From Cyanophora paradoxa CCMP329 (taxonomy: Eukaryota > Plantae > Glaucophyta), in the NCBI GenBank assembly GCA_004431415.1, contig QPMI01000365.1, forward strand, positions 1 to 42,135: a DNA stretch of 42,135 bases, in the 5' to 3' direction. This document shows, piece after piece, positions 23,053 to 34,426 of this stretch; the stretch's first letter is position 1, and each line of letters opens with the position of its first letter. Below the pieces are notes generated by a model that worked only from the letters and a program-made list of their open reading frames with translations, made no database searches and was not told where the DNA came from. A program made the position numbers and the translations under genes.

Positions 23053-23589
23053 TGAGCTGCCTGCGCATGCGAGGTTTTCTATAGTCTATAACAAGCGATC
23101 GCGAGAAGCAGGCGACTCGGCGACTGCGGCGACGCGATGCCGATGCCGTTCTCTCTACGGCACGTGGGCAAGAAGGGCCTGCGCTACCGCTTCCAGGTCC
23201 GCGCACGCGTCCGCGGGACTACCGAGCGCCGCGCTTCCCGGCCCCGCCATGTGAACCAGTTCGCTCGCTGGGGCGCGGGGCGCGGCGCGGCCTCTTAAAG
23301 CGCTTTCCCGGGGCTTTTCGGGCCGCGTACGCCGCGCCGTGACGCGCCATCGCACCGCCCCACGAGCGCCGCTCTGTCCGCATTGTCGCCGCGTCTCCGC
23401 GTGAACCATGGCCATATGCATGTCATCGTCATTGGGAGCGGCCGGGCTGAGCGGAGAGCGCGCAGATCGAGGTGCAGGAGCTCGCGGACGTGGCGGCGGG
23501 CGTGGAGGGCGAGGTGTACGTGCGGCTGAAGCGAGGGTCGAAGACGCTGCACACGGCGTGGAGGGCGAGGTGTACGTGCGGCTGAAGCG
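23053..23589 (+). pseudogene. Duplicated 5' fragment (5' flank, exon 1, intron 1, part of exon 2) of the NT-C2 gene at ~8279-8720
   Basis: It aligns near-identically with 8300-8720, including the intron, but carries small insertions. It ends in a local ~35-bp re-duplication. Confidence 0.92.
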
Positions 23590-23619
23590 GGGGGGGTGTA
23601 CGTACGTAATCAACATCAT

Positions 23620-26600
23620 GGGCATGAGCTCAGGGCTCAAATCATCATGCCCAAGATAACGATTTCATCACAGCCGAAGCGATTATAATTACTAACTACT
23701 AACAACTTGGCGATACGGATGATCGATATATATCGCCGATCGCGAGTCGGGATAGCTATAGCATTGCTATCCGATAATTGGAAATGTGGATCTCTTGTAT
23801 CTAGAGGAGCGCTGGCCCGAGGGCGGGACCGGAGCGGGGTTCGAGTCGATCGCGAGGCCTACCGTAATACGTATACGGGTCGACGTCGCGATCGCGAGCT
23901 GATGTCGGAGCTCGAGCATACATATGAATGAGCGGGTCGAATGAGCTCGAGCCCGAATCTGCGCTCGATCGCGAATTCGAAGGGACGCTCATGATCATGA
24001 TTAAGGAGGGCTGATACAGAATAGAGAAATATCACAGTGTGTGCCACGATTATAATTAGTATCCTCCTTAATGTTTTTTATTTTCTATCAATTTAACCTC
24101 TGTCCCCGCCCCTCTTCCCTCGGCGAGGCGACCCCGGGCCCGCCCCGCGCGCGCGCACCGCACCAGTTGTGCGCATGCGGGATTGTACGCGCGCACTGCA
24201 GCTGCGCGGGAATCGAATTAACAACACCCCCCACCCGATTCCTGATCCACGCCTCCGGAGTTCGAAGCTTAAGCGCCGGCCTGCACTGTAATTAGAGGGG
24301 CCGACGTCCGATCCGGGATGCGGGTAGGGGGCCGGGCAGCAGGGCCAGCTGCAGGCGAGTGCGACGGCTCAGGAGACTTGGGTGTTCTCAGAGCGAGCTT
24401 AACGGAAGGGCTCGCATCAAACATAGTCTTATCTCATCATGATCACACGGCCTGCAGCGATGCATATGCACGCGTTCACGAACCGATATCGAAGCGCGCA
24501 TGCAGCCACAGCAAGACATGTACATATACACGACGTGATCCACCGGTACCTGTGAACGTGGTCATGCGCATGCATTCGAGGGGTGGCGGCAGCTGAAAAA
24601 GGCTAGCGCTAGCTGGGGACGTCGAAAACTATCATATGCATGATCATCGCGTAAATCGAATATTTTCAGACGCAGCAAGGGACGGATTTCGTATTCGAAC
24701 TTAAATCATAGCTCAGCGGCTGACGACTCATCATCACGCACGAGTTGTGGACCGGAGGCGGAAGAGGAAATATTTAACACAACGATAACAGGAGGCGGCG
24801 AGCTCGGGGACGGCGGCTCAGACGAAGAAGTACTCGTGAAGATCACATCGAGTGCGATGCTCGAATTTGTTCGTCTGCAGAAACTTCCAGCGGAATAGAT
24901 ACTATGATATGGTGGAAGAAGAGAAAGCAAAGCGGTCGCAGGATCCGGAGGGCTTCAGACGGAGCGCAGATTTGGTCAGGTCTTTGAACATCGATATCGA
25001 TCCCAGGACGAATTTCGCGAGCACAGACCGCTCGCAGTTGTAGCAAACTTGTTTCGCGAATCCGATTCGAACTGCGCACCGCGGCAAAAATGCGTCAAGC
25101 TTAGTGGACGGATGCGGCTTTCGCGGAAAATTTAAGCGCGACTGAGATTTCGAACTCGATTTATATTGGTTTAATTTGCGATTGCGGCTAGCGCTGGGCG
25201 CAATTGGCAAGAATGAGGCTGGAGGCTTATGTTCTATGCGGTGGCTCAGAGTGGGTTGATATATATATCAAAACGAGCTCGAGGCTCGTATCAAATAAAG
25301 GAAACAATTTTATTTTATCCATCACCGACCACCGCCAGCTCAAGGAAGCTATAGGTCGGGTTGGCTGACCTTCGTGACACCGTGGCGGTACTTGAGTTTG
25401 AAGGCCGTGATTATAAGGCGAGATAATTATAATTGATTCATTATATATATATTCTAATCGATATCTAGATCTGGCCGCTGCAGTAAAGCTCGTAGCGGTG
25501 TGGTTATCATACACGCTGTCTGATTCATGCCTCCCGTGTTCGAATCGCCCTGCGATGAGAATCCCGCCTTCGAATCCCGCCCGCTCCACATAATTCCGAT
25601 CGATCATGTCCCACCTTGCCTGTACACGCCCCCACAGTGCTGGAGTAGACTAGAGGCTGTGGCCGGTAATTCACCAAAAAAAAAAAAGCTCGAAGCGGAC
25701 TAATATTCGAATAAATCGAATTAAATAGATACTAGATCTAGAAACGTACGTTACATAGGCAAAGCTTAAGCCTTGAAGCCGCTGAGCTTCGCAATCAGGC
25801 CTGCCGATGCCTGCTACAATTGCAAGCTCGGGCTCGAAGCCGAAACGATAAGATTCCGGAACAGCGGACGGATAGGGCGTGGAGGCGAGGAGAGAGCAAA
25901 ATTAAAATTAAAAGAAGCTCTTGCAATTGCCCGCGAAGATTTGTAGTTGCGACGAGACGCAGCGATCATGATCAGACACCAACAACGCGAAGGAAACGAG
26001 CGGTGGACTCCGGGAGGCGGATGTGGCATGGTACCTGAACCTTAATCAAATTTATATTAATATTATTATAATGACCGAATTTGGGCTAAGCCAGCGCTAG
26101 CGGCCGCGCGCCCAGCGGGGAGGAGGGCTAGCGCTCGTGGCCCATCGCGATCGGGCTTGCAGATTGCAATTCCCCGCGAGTTCGAAGGGCTTGCCCGCGA
26201 TGACCAAGGCCTGCGAAGAAGACCGTGTAAGCCTGCGAGCTGCGAGGAGCCGAGGCGCCGGTGCTCGGAACACGCTCGAATCGGATTCGGCGCGGGTTTT
26301 ATAAAATGACCGCGGAAAACGATTCAATATCGAAATAAAGGCGGACGGAATAGATTAAAGCGCTGGTCTCCCAGCCGAAATGAAACAAAGCGCTGAATTC
26401 GGCTCATACGTTTTGGTAATCAGCATGAGCGCAGGGCTCAAATCATCAAGATAACGATTTCATCACAGCCGAAGAAATTACCAACGACTTTGCAACGAGG
26501 GATCCCATTCTAGATGAGAGATCGGTAGCATTGATATCCGGGAATCTAGATTCAATTTAGAGGGGCCCCGGCCGCAGGCGCGGGAGCGGGGCTCGAGGAT

Positions 26601-28050
26601 CCGGAGCCGCGAGCTCAGGTCCGAACCCGAAGGCGCCCGAACGAAGGCCGCGAAGGGAAGAGGAAGACCTGTGCCACCGGAACCGATCGCGAGCTGTCGA
26701 GGCTGAAGAGGAAACCAACGGGGGCGGCGGCTCAGACTAATTGAATGTCACGTCGAGTGCGAGGCTCGCATCAGCACAGGCTGGAGATAAAACCCATCAC
26801 AGACCGCGCCACCGATGAGGAAATTAAAGAAGCTCAAGATCTAGCTAAAGATCTAGACGTCGTACCACAGCATTAATTTTTATAAAGTAAAACATATCGA
26901 ATTTCGATGGGGTACCGGTGCGGCCGCGGTGTGGCACGCCCAGGTATCGTAGTACGGTCGTCTTCGAACAAATATCGACATATTATTATAATTCCCGCCG
27001 GATCGGATTTTGAATGATCATGAAGATGTGTTTCTCTACAGGATCCGGAGGCGGCACGCACCATATGCATGCAACGCGAGCCACTGAGCTCTAGATCTGC
27101 GCATCCCGGGATCCTTAAGATAATGAAGCTTGTGATAGCTTTAAGATATCGCCATCGGCCCTGCGAGTGGCATCACAATATCGGGACCCGGAGGCGGATA
27201 TCGCATGTATAGTGGTTCAAGCCGGAGCAGCAATACTTAACTTAGTATTCGTGCACTTGGGCGTGCTCGCGCATGCAGGACTCCCGACGACCCGCCCGCA
27301 AATTAAAGACCTGCGATGGGCCAAGATCAAATCTACAATCAAATTAAATCACGAATAAGATCAAACAATTATAGACATGCGAAATCACGAATTTCGCGAG
27401 ACGATTGCGCTCGAAGCTCAGCGCGATCGAGCTTGCAATTGCCCGCGGCCAGAAATTAATATAAGAAGCTGCGACGACCGCTCGAATCTCTTAATATTCC
27501 TGCCAGGCTGCGAATTCGAAGATCGTTCGACTCGGAGAATTTCAAAACGCTTGCCCGAGAAGACCTGCGACAAAGACCGCGAAGTTCGCGGTCGACTGGC
27601 GAGATCTGCGACGCGTACGTCGACGCGTACGCGTACGGGCGCGGCCGCGCGCGCTGGCCATGGTGGCCGTGGCTCGGAACCCGCTCAAATTTTGCGTTGT
27701 GATCGACGCGGGTTTTACGTGTACCGCGAATTTCGCGGACCGGAGAAGATCTAGACTCTCACGAGCAGCCGAGGCGAGTTTTAGTTTTCACTTCAGAACA
27801 AGTGCGCGCGGAAGCCCGCATCCTGAAGGCCCATTAAGCCGGCGCCGGAACGGGAGACCACCCGCGAGACGCGCACACCTAGATCAGAAGCGTCTGCGCG
27901 GCAAGGCAAATTAAATATAAAGAAATGGCCTTGATTTAGTCGCGATCGCCGTACGCGTCGACGTCCATGACCCGCAAGACCTAGAGCTGCTGGCAGTCGC
28001 AATCAAACTGCTGGTGATCGCAAAAAGGCGGAAAATGCCGCCCCACTTAA
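23620..28050 (+). repeat. Two heavily decayed tandem copies (~23620-26400 and ~26420-28050) of an unidentified, probably once-coding sequence
   Basis: Colinear shared blocks: cagggctcaaatcatca..aagataacgatttcatcacagccgaag; gaagaggaaa..ggcggctcagac..tcgagtgcga; caggatccggagg; cttgcaattgcccgcg; gctcggaac.cgctc..cgcgggtttta. Confidence 0.65.
24005..24067. mobile_element. 63-bp TTAA-flanked mini-element (Kolobok-like termini)
   Basis: TTAA|GGAGG...CCTCC|TTAA. Confidence 0.5.
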
Positions 28051-29668
28051 TTATAGTCCCTCTCGATCTAGCTGCCATCTCTCTTAATTCGTTTTTCACC
28101 TTCATTCTTTTTCACCTTTTTTCTCCGGGTCATGAGATCATGAGATCTCCCGGAGTTCTCCTTCGCCTGCTCGAGCTCTAGAGATCATGAGATCTCCCGG
28201 AGTACTCACCCGCTAACCATGCCAGCGCTAGCCTCTTTTATAATTAAATCTCCCGATCTCACACGACGGGGGTGTACCGGCTAGCTATAGTATCAGGCTC
28301 CCGCGCAGATCCGGCGGTGACACGTGTGCACTGCGGCACGCATAAAGACAAAATTTTCAACACGGATGCGCGCGCGGTGGCGGCCCTCGCGCCACACTGC
28401 CCTCCCCCCTTCCCCACCTCCCCCCCTCGAGCTCCCCTGGAAATTCGGACTGCGCATGCGATCGTAATTAAGCTCGAGCTCGAGCTTGCCACGCGCAGAT
28501 CTAAATCTAGAGTGCATTTGAAATTTTCAGCTGCAGAGCTCACCGCAAGTGCCTCGTGCCTGGCCGCCGGGCGCGAGCGCGCGCTAGTGGCGACGCGCCT
28601 TTCAAGTTTCTAGGAGTTTCTTTAATTATAATTCTTGCTGCTGCGGCTCGCACGCGCTAGGCCGTGGCGGTGCGATCGCGATCTAAAAGCTTAAGATCGA
28701 GCCGTCATTTGACGTTATAGATTTTGCTCAAGATTACGGCCTTCTTCTTTCGCGATCATCGGATCTTGCAGCTGCGGCCTCCGAGGGTCGCATGCGCACC
28801 CGGCCCGCCGCCGCCGTGGTGCGAGCAATATATAGCTAGAAGCTTACGAGCTCGAGCGCATGATAACCACGGATGCCACTGGGGCCGCGGCCAGCTGCTG
28901 ACTGCTCACAGCTGCTTCAGGATATTCTTCAATTCAGATCGCCGGCGAGATGACGTACACGATCCGATCCTGAGCCACGGACCAAGAATGGAACTCTTAG
29001 ATTTTTAATTTCTTTAATTCAGAGGGGTGACGATGTAGCATGCTTGCGCTCAGCAGCGGTTCCGCTGGCGCTGTCTCAGTGGCTTCCGACCAGGCCACCA
29101 GACGCGTGCTACACCGGATTTGGGCAGCAAGACCAGCCCAAACCATCAAAGAGAAAACGAGTTTTTGGTGATGATATTGATCGTGTTCTCCTTGATGGCT
29201 AAAGAGGGCGCCCGCGAGGCGAGCTCGACCCCCTTTGATGGGCTGCGCCGGTCTCGGCGCGCCAGAATGCGGCTCAGGGGTCTTGCGCCGAATTTATGTG
29301 GTTCTCGGGGCACGCAATAATTCCGATCGCGGATGAAGACAGTGGGACCACCCGTCGGGCCCTTAAGTTTGAGATCAAGCGACCTGCAGTGGAACTTCGG
29401 GCATCTAAACACGCATCCGCAGGCGCCGGGTGCGTCCATGTGCGATTTGGCCCGACAAGGCCCGGCGGCCGCACGATTGCCAGCCGCATTCCGGCGCGGC
29501 CGCTCGGTTGGACACTCGGCAGAGATATTTAGAGTTTTCAGAGCGAAGGAACGCCGACCGGGATCCGCGGCGCATGGCGGTTTCGCGGGGTCTCCCGTTT
29601 TTCGCGCGAGGAAAACAAAGAATTTCCTCGCGGAGTCGAACCTGCGTATTGCCAGAAGCCAGTTGGAG

Positions 29669-31642
29669 ATGGCGTCTTTTCTTGCCCCGGCCGCGCTCCC
29701 GGCGGCGCCGCTGTGCCTCAGGATGCCGTTACGAGCTTCCATACTCAGCCAGCCGCCGCCGAGCGAAGCCGTGCAGCCGATCAGGCGGCCAGCGTCAGCG
29801 GCGAGATTCTTCGGCGCCCCGTTGCGGAGGCGGTGCGCGTGGCACGCGGCAGGAGCTAGCAGTCCGTACTCGTACTCGCACCCCTGCGCTTCCGCGCTGG
29901 AGGCGCCGGGCTCCGCCGTCCCCGCAGCGGCGCCCGGCGCGCAGCCGGCGGATCAGGCGGCGACTCTGGCGGACCTGAAGAGCATGAGCCCGGAGGAGCT
30001 GGAGCGGTTCGTGGTGGAGGAGCTCGGGGAGCGGCCGGCGCGGGCGCGGAGCCTGTGGCGGGCGATGTACCGCGAGGGCCCGGACGGGGCGCCGCTGCCG
30101 GCGGAGGTCGGCGAGCTGCGCGGCTACGGCCCCGCCTTCCTCGCGAAGCTGCGTGCCCGCGCCTCGCTCTCGCCGCTCGCGCTGGTGGAGGTGGCGGAGG
30201 CGGCCGACGGGACGCGCAAGGCGGTCTACGCGCTGCGGGACGGGGCGCGGATCGAGTCCGTCCTCATCCCCGACGGGCCCCGCACCACCGTCTGCGTCTC
30301 CTCCCAGGCCCGGCCCCGCCCCGCCCCCCCCGCCCCGCTCGGCCCGCTCCCGTGAGCCGCCCCGCGCCGCCCGCGTCGCCCGCAGGTCGGCTGCGCGATG
30401 GGCTGCACCTGTGCGCCCCGCCCCGCGCCCGCCTCGCCCAGCCGGCGCTCCCGCCTGAGGGGCGGGGCGGCAGTCTGCCTGACGGCGACGATGGGCCTCC
30501 TGCGCAACCTCACCGCCGGCGAGATCGTCGAGCAGGTCCCCCCGCCGCCCCGGCGCCGGGCCGGGGCCTCAGCGGGGCGGGGCGGCAGGTGGTGCAGGCG
30601 CGGAGGCTCGTGGAGCCCGCCGGCCCCCCGTCACCAACGTGTCCGCCCCGCCCGCTGCCCCGCTGCGCCCGCCCCTCGCCCCGCCCCGCCTCACCGGCGC
30701 CCGCCGGCAGCGTCTTCATGGGCATGGGGTGCGCCCCGCCGCCCCCGCCGCCGCCCCTCCCGCCCCGCCCCCGCCCACGGGCCGCAGGGAGCCGCTGGAC
30801 AACTTCGCGGCGGTGGCGGCGGCGGCGGCGACGCTCGCCTCCCCCGCGGGCTCGCCCTCGCCCCGCGCCGCCTCTGCGTCTCCACCTCCGGCCTCGTCCC
30901 CGCCATCCGCCGCTTCACCAGGCGCCCCCCGCCCGCCCCGCACCGCCGGACCCGCCCCGGCTGAGAGGGCCGGCGCAGGGAGGTGGGGGCGCGGCTGGCG
31001 GTGAGCCTCAACGCGTCGAACGCCGAGCAGCGCGCCCGCCTCATGCCCGTCACCCGCCGCCCCGGCTGCTCCCTCCCCGAGCTCCGGGCCCGCCCCGCCC
31101 CCCCCTCTCCGCCCGGCCCTGTACCCCCCCCCCCTGAGGGGGCCCGGGGCGCAGGAGGCACTCGCGGAGTACGCGGCGGCGCGCGGGGAGCCCGTGCGCC
31201 CCCCGCACCCCCCCGCGCTCCCCTCCCCCCGACCCGCCCGCAGGCGTTCGTGGAGTACGTGCTGATCGGGGGCGTGAACGACGCGGACGCCGACGCCGCC
31301 GCCGTCGCCGACCTCCTCGCCGCCTTCCCCGCCAAGGCCCGCCCCGCCCCCGCGGCTCGCCTCTGGCCCCGCCTCACGCGGGGCCTCAGGTGAACCTGAT
31401 CCCGTGGAACGCGCACGGGGGCGGCCCGGCGGCGGAGGGCGGCTTCCGGCCCCCGCCCCGGGCCGCGTCGCCGCCTGGCGCGCCGCCCTCGCCGCCCGCG
31501 GCATCGTCGCCACGGCGCGCCGCCCCCTGAATCCCGCCCCGCCCCCTCTGAGAGCGGGGGCGGGGGGCAGGTGCGGGAGGCGCGGGGGGACGACCGCTCG
31601 GCCGCCTGCGGCATGCTCGTCGTGCCCCGCCCCCAGCGCTAG
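29669..31642 (+). CDS. rlmN: Radical-SAM dual-specificity rRNA/tRNA m2A methyltransferase RlmN, organelle (likely plastid) targeted, ~11 exons
   Basis: Spliced motifs DGTRK, IESVLIP, TVCVSSQ|VGCAMGCTFC (CxxxCxxC), RNLTAGEIVEQ, VFMGMG|EPLDN, VSTSG, LAVSLNA, EYVLIGGVND, VNLIPWN and AACGML. The N-terminal extension starts MASFLAP. Confidence 0.93.
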
Positions 31643-32142
31643 CCCCGCCCCCGCCCCCGCCCGCCGCCCCTCTGCCCGGACCGTTCTTACTGGGGCGCTT
31701 CTGTATTGTTCTTACTAGCGTACAAGGTTCGCGAGAGGTTGTTTTAACTAGCCTGCGCACATCGCGAGAAATCGACAAATAGCTGAAAGATCGATACGGG
31801 AACTGCAGAACTGCAATCTGACGTAGCCATTAATAGTAGAAGAGTAGACTTCGAATTCTTACTAAGTACTAATTACATGGTAGCCTGATCATCTAACATA
31901 AGATAAGATACAGCCCGGATTCGAGAGAAAGGCAACCATAAAGGAGCGAAGGTAGAAGATCGCGAGACTGCATTGAATCTTATCGACGCACGCTGCGATG
32001 CCCAGGGCTAATAGGATACAGAAATATACTAAAAATAGTACACGGGACCACGAGCGAGCGCTGCCCGGGCTGCGAATGTACACTGCGGCGCAGGAAATGT
32101 TACACGCCGCGGCGGCGGCGGCGGGCGGCGGGCGGGGCGGGG

Positions 32143-33538
32143 TCAGGCGGCCTGGGCGGGGACGAGGCCGGGGGCCGGGGAGGCGGCGGCGGCGTGGGAG
32201 AAGGGAGGGCGGGCGGGGCGCCGGGCCGCCTCGGGCTCGAGGGGCGTCTCGGGCCCGGCAGGAGTGCAGGCTCGGCCCGCACCGCCGGCCCCGCCCCCTC
32301 GCCCACGCCGCCCGCCGCGACGGCGACTCCGGCAGCGCCACCGCCGCCGCAGGGCCGCGGGGCCTCGGGGCTGGGGCCGGGTGAGGCGGGCGGGCGGGGC
32401 GGGGCGGAGGGCGGGGCGCACGGAGGCCGAGGAGGGGCGGGTGGCGGGGTCGGCGGCGAGGTGCGCGCGCACGTCGAAGGCGCAGAGCGGGCACGAGGCC
32501 TGCCGCCCGCCTCAGCGGCCGGGCCGGGGGGCGGGGCGGGGGCGGGGCGGGCCTTGGAGGCGAGCCAGGGGTCGATGCAGGGGCGTGGAAGGCGTGGCGG
32601 CACGGGAGGCGCCGCAGCAGCTCCCCCGCCTCGTAGTCCGACAGGCACAGCGCGCACGCCGCCGCGTCCGTCGACGCCCCGGGCCGCCCCGGGGGCCCCC
32701 GCCCCCGCGGGTGCCGGCAGCGAGCCCTCGCCCGCCGGCGGCGAGGCGGCGGCGGCGCGGGGCGACGGGGCGAAGGGCGCCGCCGGCAGCGCCGCGATCG
32801 CCTCCGCGGGGAGGCCCGCCTGCGCGGCCGGCGTCAGCCAGGCCGCCCGCCGGCGCGGCCGGCGTCTAGATTAGGTCCTCCCCAGCGGAGGGCGCTCTGG
32901 CGGCTGGGTCGGCCGGCGGGGCCCCGACCGGCGCGGGGCCGCAAGGGCCGGGAACTAGACGATCTACGGCCAGCTCGTGTGTTCTAAGCACGGCCGGAGG
33001 GGCCTCGCCGGCGCGGATCGAAGCAGGGGTCTCGGCGGGAGATTGCGCGCAAGAGCGGCGAGCGGGCGGCGAGTGGGAGCGGCCTGCGGGCGCACCTTCG
33101 GCTGTTTCAGGCGAAGAAGTTCAGCTCGAGCCGCGGCAATGCGAGCATGCTCCGCGAGCTCCACGCGCCGCCGCTCCCTGCGCGGCGCTCGGCTGGCGGT
33201 ACGCGGCAACTCCCTTTGGGCGTGGCGATAAGCACCGGCGGAGCCATCGGATAACCAGAAGAAAGAAGATAACGACTGCCACACATGCCGCAACCTGCGA
33301 AAAGTGTCACCGTCCAGGCCGCCATTGAAGGAGCACGGCCGGCGGCCTGGCCCGCCGGCGGACAAATCGGCGCACAATCAACACGATCTTGACCTGAGCG
33401 TAAAAACAAGCGATTGAGATGGTCAGGCCGGGGCGCGTGCGGCGATGACAATTAGTGGAACTCGGCTGGTCGCACCTCGGGCGGGCCGACGTCGCGGATG
33501 GCGACTGCGCGGGGCGCGTTCGGGTTGCTGCTGCTCAT
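32143..33538 (-). CDS. ATL-type transmembrane RING-H2 E3 ubiquitin ligase, copy 1
   Basis: [21 protein letters not shown]|VKIVLI|VAACVAVVIFFLLVIRWLRR (TM + basic) | [12 protein letters not shown] (GLD-like motif) .. [35 protein letters not shown]|ASCPLC. Some single-base indels are present. Confidence 0.85.
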
Positions 33539-34426
33539 CGCATTGTTACTGGGAAGACGTCTAATCGATCAGGCCGCGGGCCGGAGGCACGCCGCTTCAA
33601 TTCGAGGAAAAGCGTGAAAGGGGTAGAGCAATTCGGACTGGAATTTGATCTCGAGCCGCCGCCGGCACGTCGACCGATTTAGCGCTCGAGCTCGCGCAAT
33701 GTACAATTGCAGTCGGAGCCGGCTTAACGTTAACGGCGCGCGCCCGCCGGCCGGCGGCCTGACTCAATCACACTGAGTGATCGTGAGCTTGATCATGCAT
33801 ATGATCGATATCATGATCATGATCATGAGCCCCGCCGCGGCGCGCGCAGCTGCAGCCAGCGCGGAGCCGGCGCACCATCATGGCATGGCCAATGTACATG
33901 GCCCGGCCAATGTTAACGCGTACGCGGCCGCCGGGCCGCGTACGCGTGGCTGGCACGTCTAGATGGAGACTCTAGATCTGAGAGAGGATCCAGAGAGTCT
34001 CTAGATCTGTACGATTCGGCGAGCGCGCGCGAGAAACACAAGAGATCATTTTCAGTTGAAAAAGCTTCTACGCGAATCACAAGAAGTTGACATTAGGTTG
34101 ATAGATCGATACGAGAACTGCATCCTGACATAGCCTAGTAGTAAAGCTGAGTATAAATATTTACTAAGTTACATGGACAGCCTGACCGTCCAACATAAGT
34201 CCCGACCGAGAGAAAACCCAGGTTCCACAGAGAGAGAGAGAGAGAGAAAAAAGAGTCAGAGAAGCGAATTTGAAGGGGAACGATCGCGAGATCACGCCAC
34301 CCAGGGCGGGCGCCTTGGACGAGGGAAACAGTACACGGGGCCACTGCCCAAGCTGCGAATGTACGCTACGGCGCAGGAAATGTTACACGCCGCAGCGGCG
34401 GGCGGCGGGCGGCGGGCGGGGCGGGG

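Noticed and set aside
29034-29116. tRNA or 5S rRNA call for the structured segment
   Set aside because: It has only two internal arms, with no TTC-RA T-loop, D-loop GG or 5S conserved boxes. It is kept only as an unexplained structure.
29146-29520. Possible small minus-strand gene (SLDLKLKGPTGGPTVFIRD.., LAIKENTINIITKNSFSL*)
   Set aside because: No convincing start, consistent splice chain or recognisable motif.
30600-32760. Frameshifts in rlmN and the RING genes (also seen in calnexin) as pseudogenisation or recoding
   Set aside because: They fall in G/C homopolymer runs while catalytic motifs are intact. Sequencing indels are the simplest explanation.
33916-33962. Helitron 3' end (hairpin then CTAG 11 nt later)
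   Set aside because: CTAG is followed by A rather than T, no matching 5' end was identified, and palindromes and CTAG are ubiquitous here.
34229-34247. (AG)n microsatellite
   Set aside because: An ordinary short simple repeat.
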